DNA of 64,000 bases from Eledone cirrhosa (lineage: Eukaryota), in the NCBI GenBank assembly GCA_964016885.1, contig OZ024740.1, positions 146,444,001 to 146,508,000 of the forward strand. The letters run 5' to 3'. Each line of letters starts with the position of its first letter. Positions within the stretch are counted from its first letter, which is position 1. The position numbers and the translations under genes are program-made. The notes beneath the pieces are model-generated. The model made no database searches, was not told where the DNA came from, and saw nothing but the letters and a program-made list of their open reading frames with translations. This document shows positions 11,701-21,691 of this stretch, piece by piece.

Positions 11701-12892
11701 TTATTTGAAAATCATTGTTAATGTATTTCATAAGAAATATAGTAATGAAAGGGTTAATAAAGGTACATTCTTCAAAATCTTGTTTTGATATACAAGATTA
11801 TTATCTCCTTAGCCCATTCTTGTTTGACTGACTTTTCTAATGCACATCTTGAAACTGCTTCAATCATTACCCAGATATGGCTGTTATCAGTCATAGGGGA
11901 CAATGTGTTGAGCATTATGGCTCCAAGACAGGGAGTGCATTGATACCAGTCATTAAGCAGTCTTTAACCATCTTTTTAATGAAAGACACTGCCTATAATT
12001 TTCAAATCATTTTGAAAGTAAAAATATTTTGAAGGGTTTAATAAAATAACTTCCTTTCTCATTATTAAGTTGGTGGTTGGAACATAAAGACACTTACATA
12101 AAATTATGATAGGTTTCCAGATAAATATAAACACATTAAATTATACATTTAAAAAAAAAATTGTACAAGAGGTGGTTTGGTATCAAAAAGTTTAAAACAA
12201 AGCTAAATAAATGTTCTTTTTATTAACTCTGAACAATTTAAAACCGTAAGATAATACACTTAGATTGTGTATTTCTACAGTACTCTGAAATTGGCAAACT
12301 GAGCAGTAGATGTAAAACAATAGTTTTCAAATCTTTTGCACAATCTAAATATTTTTTTGTAGAATTTATCAATAAACTTGATTAATTTTCATTACATGGA
12401 TAAGAATCTAACTGTACTGCTAATTAGTGCCAGGTTTGAACTGTATCTGGGTGACACTTTGGGCAAGTTTCTACTATAGCCTTGGCTTGACTAATCCCTA
12501 TGAAATGGAATTAGACAGAAACTGAACAGAAGCCCATATGTATTTATATAATGAAGAATATAAGTACCAAATAAAAAACAGGTGTTCTTCGAATGAAGTC
12601 CACTAAGTTACAGACAATCCCTTGTCACTCTCACCAGAGTGAACCAGAAATTGGAAACTTGTAATCAATGACAGATTGTGATGTAAATTTAATAAATAAA
12701 TGAATTCTCATTTTTAAAAAATTCTCTCATGATCATCATTTAAAACACCTCTCTCTTTTTATTTGTTTTTCATTATCTGAAAGTATAGAATAGATACTGC
12801 TTTTGTATTACAAATAAAAAATTTAATTATGTATCTTGTAGGTTTTCTCATGTATAATAATTATCTTTAACTATCTTTTATCTTATTTTTAG

Positions 12893-13075
12893 GGGAAGGA
12901 ACCATTCCAATCGATGCTGATTTCACTGAACAAACATGGGATGGAATTCAACGTGGTGAAAGATTGCGTACAATGTCTTGCTCTGATAAAATTTGTCGCT
13001 GGAACGTTGTTGGTCTGCAGGGGGCTCTTCTGAGCCACTTCATCGAGCCTATATATTTAGATTCGCTGACATTAG
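12893..13075 (+). CDS. ADAR1: ADAR1 exon E (183 nt), base-flipping GEG and SCSDK Zn ligand
   Basis: TTTTTAG|GG...TTAG|GTATT. Reads (G)[60 protein letters not shown]. Confidence 0.96.
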
Positions 13076-13217
13076 GTATTTATTTATATTTAATTAGAAC
13101 GTGTATTGTAAGTTTGATATTAACAGTAATTTTATATGAGATTTTCATTGCTATGTTTCATTAACTCTTAATGTACTGTATCACATAAACCACATTAGCA
13201 AGACATTCTTGAAAGGT

Positions 13218-13548
13218 ATCATCATCATCATCATCACCGTTTTACGTCCGTTCTTCCACGCTAGCATGGGTTAGACGGGTTGTCCTGTTGTGGGCAGTGT
13301 CTGGTCGGCTGACCATGCCTTGCTCATACAGGAACTGATCTGGCTTGATTTCTACAGCTGGATGCCCTTCCTAACACCAACCTCATTTACAGTGAGTGCT
13401 GGGTGCTTTTTCGTGGCGCCTACACGTCCACTTTACAGTGTGGGCTGGGTGCTTTTTTTGCCGTGGCACCTCCACGACCACCTTGCGGTGGGGGGGGGGG
13501 GGGCATATTGTTTATATGCTTCAGCATGTACCCATGGGAGGTCGGGTA
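13218..13548 (-). mobile_element. Young 5'-truncated RTE 3' end, antisense in ADAR1 intron
   Basis: Highly similar reverse complement of 45642-45970, with a (CAT)n tail at 13218-13236. A similar copy lies at 13927-14110. Confidence 0.85.
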
Positions 13549-14149
13549 CCCTGTATTAAAATTTAGTCTTTACTTTAGTTTACTGTAAATTTTCACAACA
13601 TTCTGTCCACTATTAAAGATACTATGAACATTTGAATTAACAAACTTGTTTTTAGATATCTTTTGCTAGATCATTACAGGATGTTAAAAGTTAAACTTGG
13701 AATTATTAAAGGCAGTGTGTAAACATTTTAACATTGTATATAATTTCTTTCAAAATTCTCAAATCTTGAGTTTTCTGCATAATTTTTCCAACTTTATTTC
13801 TTAGTGTTTTTGAAGAAACTGAGTTGATACATATTAACAGTATTTAGTCAGAGCACACTATTGTAGAATGTCTTGATGGCTTTTTGTAACCTAATATTTA
13901 ACAATTTTAGTATATATCAAAGTTCAATCATCATCATCATCATAATCGTTTAACGTCTATCTATAGCATGGGTAAGACGGGTTTGTGCCATTTGAGGCAA
14001 GTTGGGTCGGGTGACCGTGTCAAGCTCGTATAGGACTGTTTCTGGTCGGATGCTCTTCCTAACGCCAACTATATTTACAGTGAGTGCTGGGTGCTTTTTG
14101 CTGTGTCTCCTACATACATACATATATCATGCTGTCGTCTTCCATAATC

Positions 14150-14900
14150 TTTCTCTTGTACCTTAACTTACATGTCACAATCTTATGTAGATAAGGGAAC
14201 TCTTCACACCTGTTTAACCTTCCTGACGCAAACAACATCTTCATACATCGAAGACACCTCAAGCCAAACATGCAGTACCTCCCTAAACACTACATATATC
14301 ACGTCAACATGAACAACACACTATTAAAACCATCAAAGTCTTTACAGATACTAGGCCTTCCAATATCCGACGACCTCTCATGGCAACCTCAGAAATATAA
14401 AATTATCAAAATTGAACCACAAAGGAATCCTCTTTAGAACCAGAAAATATTTCAGCTCTGATCATTTACTGACTCTGCAAAACTCAAAATATGGCACACT
14501 TATGGATACTGTGCATATATCTGGGACAGTACTGTTGCGATATACGCACATGTACACACAGAGGCATACATTCTACAGAATTCATCCAAAATAAAGCCAT
14601 TCAACTGAATGGCACAAATCTACTCACAAACAGACTTTAACTACTCCAGGCACAGGTACCCTTCTGCAGATACTACTACTCAAACTGTTCCTCTTAACTA
14701 GCTAGCTATAACTCTTCCATCTAGTATACCTGTCCCTTATCCTCATAATTTCTACTGTGTCTCACCTACAAAATCTCACATTAAACACTTTGCTCAATCC
14801 TTCATTTCCAGTACTGCAACTCTCTGAAAAATGTTCATCTGCAATTTTTCTTGTAGATATCAATCTATAGTAGTTACAGTTGGATATCAACTGTATCAAT
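14150..14900 (+). pseudogene. Decayed CR1-like LINE C-terminal region
   Basis: LQILGLPISDDLSWQ...GILFRTRKYFSSDHLLTL...YCAYIW remnants. Confidence 0.6.
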
Positions 14901-15473
14901 CTCACCAGTAAGGGACACTATCAAAATATCATGCTCCTTGTTCTTTGATTAGATACCCCCCCCCCCCCCCCCATCCATACACACGCACACTACTTAAAAA
15001 ATAGCTATGGAGATGATAGTTTCTTTAGTGACACTGGCTCTGCTTTGTGTCCCCAACATAAGCATATCATGTTCTAAGTTCAAATTCCTCCATTTATGGC
15101 ATTAAGTGGATAGGAGATAAATCTCTCCTTGGACAGGATATTGTTCTATGTAAGGTTAATATTTCTAGGTGACCTGGCACCTATGCCCACCAGCTAGATA
15201 AACTGAGCAATGAAGTGCGTGCGGGTAATATTAAAAGTCAACAAAAGACTATTATGAAGGTGGTGAATTGGCAGTCATGAGGGTGACGGATTAAATCATC
15301 AGTTTTTTTGTTCCGACTCACTGACTTTGAGTTCAAATCCTAGCACGGTCAATTTTGCCTTCCATCCTTTTGAGATTGATAAATAAAATACCAGTCTAAT
15401 ACTGGGGTTGGTTCTTACTTTTTCTCTGGAAAAAAATCAGCTGTGTTTTGAACTGGAGAGGGATGAGCTCTAC

Positions 15474-15517
15474 CAAGTTTAAAGTACCCAACATACCGTG
15501 TGGGTACTTTAAACTTG
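15474..15517. repeat. Perfect 17-bp inverted repeat (hairpin)
   Basis: CAAGTTTAAAGTACCCA-ACATACCGTG-TGGGTACTTTAAACTTG. Confidence 0.9.
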
Positions 15518-15880
15518 CTTGTTATTAATTTGGTGATTCGAACATAATTTAACAAGTGTTCTCACAGATAGAAAGTTTCCAGATAAATATAAACATATAA
15601 ATCTAGTTGTTTTTTTATTGTACAACAAGGAGTGGTTTGGTGTCAAAAGTGTTAAAGCGAAGCTAAAAATGTTCTTTTTATTAACTTTTATAATTTAAAA
15701 ACCCTAGGAGAATATACACTTAGCTAATGTATTTCTCCATTACTCTGAAACCACTCTGAAATTGGCAAACTGAGCAGTAGATGAGCATTTGTTTGTTTCA
15801 CTTCCTTTTTCCTTCTTATCCTAGTTTACTTTTGAAAGGCATCTGTATATATATTTTATCTACATATATTCCATTTATAG

Positions 15881-16121
15881 GTTATCTTTATGATCATGGT
15901 CACCTTGCTCGTGCAGTATGTTGCCGTATAGAACGTGGAGAAGCCTCTGTAAATCAGCTGTTACCAGAAGGCTATCGTTTGAACCATCCCTGGCTTGGCA
16001 GGGTAACTGCTTGCGATCCCCCCAGAGAAACACAAAAGACAAAATCTCTGAGCATAAACTGGTGTTATGATGACGAGAAGTCTGAAGTTCTTGATGGCAC
16101 AGCTGGCATCTGTTATACAGC
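15881..16121 (+). CDS. ADAR1: ADAR1 exon F (241 nt)
   Basis: TTTATAG|GT...GC|GTAAGA. Reads (G)YLYDHGHLARAVCCRIERG...YRLNHPWLGRVT...SINWC...EVLDGTAGICYT(A). CCR is ADAR1-specific. Confidence 0.95.
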
Positions 16122-16384
16122 GTAAGACATTTTTATTTTATTTTATTTGTAATTTATAAGCATTATCATGACAAAATCAATAGAGTATTGAACAAAATAA
16201 CTTTCAATAATTGGTCTGGTTTTTTAACGTTCTGAGTTCAAAAGCTCCAGAGGTCAACTTTGTGTTCAATCCTTCCAAGATGAATAAAATAAAGTGCCAG
16301 TTAAGTACTGGGGTTGATATAATTTACTGTTCACCATCCTTCAAATTTGTAGCATTATGCCTGTGTTAGAAACAATTATAATGA

Positions 16385-17502
16385 TTGACGAATATAGGGT
16401 CCAAGAGGCAGTAGGAAATGAAAAATGGTAAGGGTGCTGGACCGTACAAGCTTTGTACAGAGGTGAGGGTAGGAATGGAGTTTAGTGAAGAATTCCAGAT
16501 ACAAGTAGGAGTACATCAGGGTTTAGTCCTCAGCCTGCTCTTGTTCATTATAGTCCTCCAAGCCATAACAGAGGAGTTTAAGACTGGCTGCCCATGGGAA
16601 CTTCTCTATGCTGATGATCTGGTTCTTATAGCAGAATCAGTAGAAGAGCTAGAGAATAAATTCTGGCCATGGAAACAGCAGTTGGAATCAAGAGAACTGA
16701 GAGTGAATCTAGCTACGACAAAAGTGTTGATGAATAGAAAAGAGGACAAAACTCTGATTCCGTCAGGGAAATGGCCATGTTCGATATGTAAAAAAGGAAC
16801 TGGCATAAATTCTATAGAATGTACACAATGCAGATCTTGGGTAATCAAGAGATGTAGTGAGATAGCAGGCAAACTAACAGGTCAGGAAAACTATGTATAC
16901 AGTAGATGTACAGGGAAATTTGACAGTAGAAGTGGCAGTGGTACACACATTTTTCAAATGCAGGTAGATTCTATAGAAGTAGTTGATAGATTCCGGAACC
17001 TGGGTAATCAGATTAGCATGGGAGGGGGTGTTCAGAGGCCATAGTATCTAGAATAAGGACGGGTTGGAAGAAGTTTAGAGAGCTGCTTCCTCTGCTGACA
17101 AAGAAGTGTTTCTCCCTGCGTACGAAAGGCCGGTTATATGATGCTTGTGTGACATGCGCGATGCTGCATGGTAGTGAGACATGGGTAGCAACTGCAGAGG
17201 ATATGTGACGGCTGGAGACAAATGAAGCAAGCATGGATGAGTTGAGAGAGAAACTGTGTATAAGAGGGATAAGTTGTAGTGTGCGGGAGAGAAGACTGCG
17301 ATGGTATGGACATGTGATGCACATGGAGGATGACCGCTGGGTAAAGATGTGCCAAGAAATGCCAGTAGAAGGAAGACCACGAAAAACATGGGCGGAAGTG
17401 GTGAGAGAGGACCTCAGATTGCTGAAGTTCATGGAGGAGATGGCGAAGGACTGTCCCACCCTTGAAAGCAGGGAAAAGCGGACGTAAAATGATGATGATG
17501 AT
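16385..17502 (+). mobile_element. Internally deleted, frameshifted RTE LINE (second subfamily) with PHD remnant
   Basis: ORF 16418-17044: GVHQG..LLYADD..WPCSICKKG..CTQC. ORF 17233-17487: RRLRWYGHV. (GAT)n tail. Confidence 0.88.
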
Positions 17503-17539
17503 TAACCATAGTTATTTGTAACATAGTTGGTTATCCTCA

Positions 17540-18125
17540 TTATCATCATCATCATCATCATTTAATGTCTATTGTCCCTGTTAGCAAGGGTTGGGTGGGC
17601 TGTCACAGACCAAGCCAATACTTAATTGGAGCTACTGACCTCTCTTATGAGTGTGTATATGGGGAGGTGCATCTCGCTTTCATATATTTCTACTCTCTGC
17701 AGAGTGCACTGGGTGCATTTTATTGTGTCACCAGTACTAGGAAGGTTGTCATGTTTGTGATGCAGTTGAAGAGTCCTCTTATCCCTTTGTTTGACAAACT
17801 TTCTACAGCTAAGTGCTTTTCATAGCATCAATCACTTAAGAGAGGAGTGGGTGCCTTTCATTGTGCCATTAACACTAGGGAGGCTGCTGTGCCCTTGTCA
17901 CAACTTAATAGTCCCTCTCAACTCATTTTTAATATGATTTCTGCAATTGATTGCCCTTATCAACAACCATCTTACAGGATGCACTGAGTGCATTTTTCAT
18001 AGCACTAGCATTAGAGAGGTTGACATGGTTTCTATGAATGGAAGCCCTTCCTAACACCAACCACTGTACAGAGTGTACAGCACCAAGGCAGTTGTCATTC
18101 ATAGAGACTGCCGAAGGCCCCTCTC
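17540..18125 (-). mobile_element. Old RTE-3'UTR-derived repeat, antisense, tail-to-tail with the preceding RTE
   Basis: (CAT)n tail then AGCAAGGGTTGG..., with repeated CACTGGGTGCATTTT units. A related copy lies at 38455-38695. Confidence 0.55.
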
Positions 18126-18549
18126 TCAGTCTAGAGTATATAACTCTCCTTTCTCATATCTACATGTCTGGCTGATAGCAGATACCATTTTTACTTCAAA
18201 GAGAGATGTAGGTGAAGTATCCTACTACTGTAAAATTGTTGCTTCAGCAACATTAAATATGTAAATTTAGAAAATTCTTCCCACTCATGTTGCCATGATT
18301 GCTTGTGTAAGAAAATTTAGCTTATTTCTATTGCTTGTAATTTTTTAAGTACATCTTTTAAAGTTTTCCCCATTATGATTAGAGAGATTATCATATAAAC
18401 CTGTTCTACACATTTTAATATCACTTGAACCTGTACTTGAAATATTAATTGATTGTTTTTTAATAATCATTTTTTTTTTTATTTGTAAATAAAATATAAA
18501 TTATATCAATTTATAAAACAAATTTTGTTTTTCATTTTCTTTAATTTAG

Positions 18550-18781
18550 GATTGAGAAAAATCTGTTCTCTCGACTAACAAAGCACAACTTGTATGAAGA
18601 ATTTAAGAGAGTCTGTCGTAAATTTGACCGTAATGACCTGCTTACTGCCCCTTCTTACAATAAAGCCAAGATGATGGCTACTCCCTTCCAGACAGCTAAA
18701 AATGTGATGCTGAAAAAATTAAAAGAAAATAACTGTGGTACCTGGGTATCAAAACCTATTGAAGAAGAAATGTTTGCTTAG
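18550..18781 (+). CDS. ADAR1: ADAR1 terminal coding exon G, stop TAG at 18779-18781
   Basis: TTTAG|G ATT GAG... Reads IEKNLFSRLTKHNLY...SYNKAK...WVSKPIEEEMFA*. The seven exons sum to 1197 nt (398 aa + stop), in frame. Confidence 0.95.
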
Positions 18782-19950
18782 AGGTATTCAAGAAAACTTC
18801 ACTTTGCTTCACTCCAGGTACAATAGAGAAAAAAATTTCAAATCATGTCTTTTCTTCAGCTCAATGGCTGTTTCACCAATATATTGGTTTTCCAGAGTAG
18901 TGTTATCGTTCCAAGGAGAAACTGAACAGTCTATAACCATATATCTTGAATTTTGCCGATTTACATGCTGTTAGGAAAATTAGAATCTTGTTAGTTGGCT
19001 TGTTAAATATCAGTTGGAGGAGACATAATTAAATTCAGACATTTAGAATATTTCAGTAATCTGTAATCTATTTGATTTCAATTTGCATGATTTACACTTC
19101 TTTTGGTTTCAAAATCTTTTGTGCTTAACTGATGTTGACACATATGTTTATCATATTGAAAATATATACTGACTTGCTAAGTAATTCACTGCAATCACAG
19201 TTTTGCTAGAATGTGTTGGTCAATCTGATTCTAATGCTCCAATAATTAATTTTATTTTATTTACCTCCCCATTTCAAGGTAATCACAATTTTCATTAAAA
19301 CAAATTGATTTAGGACGAGAATAATGAATAATAAGTTGCACTTAATGAAAACATTGATACAAAAGCACTTATTTATTGTGTTTAAATCTAAAACTGATTT
19401 CTTGAAAACATTTTATATATTCAAATTGTTTATTACACCCAATAAAACTGTTTTTAGCAACAATAGTGCCAGTAAGAAACATTAGACTGTTGTTGAAAAA
19501 TATAAATATGTATTTAATGTTTTTCTTGTATAATCTGTCAGTTTATCAAACATTATCTTGATCTCCTTTTTTTAAATTACATGGATTCTTTTTGATAGAT
19601 ACTTTGTAAATTGGATTACATATCAAAATACTTCCACATATGCTTATAATACTTATACACAAATAAAAGCCATTTCTTACACACACATACATACACACAT
19701 TTATATCTAATTCTAGTTCTAATTGTTGTTGCTGTGAATAATTTCTAAAACATTTGCTTTCCCTTGATAGCTTTTTTTTAAAGAACATTTGTAATTATAA
19801 CTATTTGTTCTTTGAAAAAGCTTTTAAATAACATTTATAATTGGTGCTAGATATTTTTAAGGCTTTATGTAGAAATATTTGCCAAATTTTTAAACAGCTT
19901 AGGTTTATTGTCGAACTTGTAATAAATATCACTTTTTTTTCTGATTTAAC
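18782..19950 (+). other. ADAR1 proximal 3' UTR with candidate polyadenylation signals
   Basis: AATAAA at 19441 and 19921 downstream of the stop. The true 3' end cannot be determined from DNA alone. Confidence 0.5.
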
Positions 19951-21651
19951 TTTAAAAAAAAATTAAAAATAGTAATTCCTCTCCAATATGATTAAATTTT
20001 AATAACTATGTGCACATAATATTTCGCTAATAATGCTGTCTTTTGTGATTGTATATTGTTAAATTTCGCTAGAATGTTCAGTCTGATTCCTACATGCATT
20101 TACCATTGATTGAACTTAATTAATAATGCAAATATACTTTAAATATTCTGGTTGTTCTGACAGTTCTTGATAAAATGTCATCTATATTTATGTCTCCTCC
20201 ATATAATAATGTAATTTATCTTTTATTCAATTCTGTATACGTTTTTTTTTCTTCTTCAAATCTTATTTGTACAGTTATTTTATTCTTTTTTTTTTTCAAT
20301 CAAACTGCTATGATGTTCAGCATGTATAATGTAGACAGTTACATGAGTTTAAGGAAACTATACAACGAGAAAGAACTCAACAGTTCTCTGCAAGTGTCAT
20401 TTGAATAGTAAAAATGTCTCATTTGGCAACACCCTATCATTGAAAACAATAGAAATTGCAGAAAACACCCCAACTCCCTTACTTTAACGAACAAATTCCA
20501 GATATTGTTTCTGAAACTGTTGTCTACATTTTGATGGATGTATTTAACTATTGATGAACTTAAAAATGGAAGACACCAGAGAACTATTTCTTCAGTTGAA
20601 ACTCACTTTAAGATTTCTTTTATAAAATGTATATTCTAGATATTTTTCCATGTACATAAGTGTATGTGTGTGTGTTTAATAAGGTTTAAAAAAAAAGAAA
20701 AAAAGACAGCCAATATATATTGCGTTCAGTTACACATATGCATGTGTGCATTCACATCACAAAATATGTGCATGCATACATATGCGTGAGCATACACACA
20801 CCACACACACACATGAACAATCTTTTGTCTTAACATATCTAAGATCAATCGTGTCTCAAAAAGTAAGTTGCAATCTTTTATGGTAAGAAGAGTAAGAATT
20901 TGATTAAATTTGAATCTTTTTTCTCTAATCAGCTTTTGTATTGTTAGTGAATAAATGCACTGTGTATTGAATCATGTATTTAGGAAACATATAATTGAAA
21001 CCAGTTGTCTGTGCACAGCAGATTAAGGAAACATGAATTTTGTTCTCATTTTCTATATTCAAAGAATTATCAATTATCTTGATGTAACACAGTCAATATA
21101 TGACAAATATTGTTCAAATATTTTATGAGTTATTTATAGTTAATACAGATACATGAGACTTACAAGTGTATTATATAAAAACTGGTAGTACTTCATAAAT
21201 ATGGGAAAGCTGTCTCAAAATTAGAAACTATGTGTATTTGCATATTTATGTATACACATATTTGTTTATAACTAGATACATTTGTATATATAAGTATGTG
21301 TGTGTGCATGTGTATAGTTCAACCCATACTAGCTTTGGAAATTGGACATAACATCATCATGATGTCTATATACATACACATGCATACATTACATACACAG
21401 AGAGAGGGAGAATATAAACATTGATGGTCAATGGATATACAACAGAGAGCATATATATATATACATACATGTACATAATGGTGATTATCATAATCTTTAT
21501 GTGTGTGTATAAATCTGTTGTGGAGATTTATAGATGATTATCTACATTTAAAGAAAATCTCCAGAAAAATGTTTTGTATCTAAAGAAAACATCCCTCTCT
21601 CCATTAATATATATCCATCTCCTTTAGTGTGTGTGTGTGTGTATATATGTA

Positions 21652-21691
<40 letters not shown>

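Noticed and set aside
11107-11788. Two hydrophobic + strand ORFs (118 and 101 aa)
   Set aside because: Antisense shadows of a decayed RTE RT on the minus strand.
12620-12675. Possible decayed hammerhead (TGTCA...GAAAC..TC.ATGACA)
   Set aside because: The CUGANGA core is absent; cannot be supported.
15781-15880. ORF-track N-terminal extensions of ADAR1 exons (also 6988-7010 and 13076-13164)
   Set aside because: Intronic read-through beyond clear splice sites, with no ADAR similarity.
18835-18860. Minus-strand CTGAAGA...GAAA just after the ADAR1 stop
   Set aside because: Stem II is only 3 A-U pairs, with no stem I/III or cleavage triplet.
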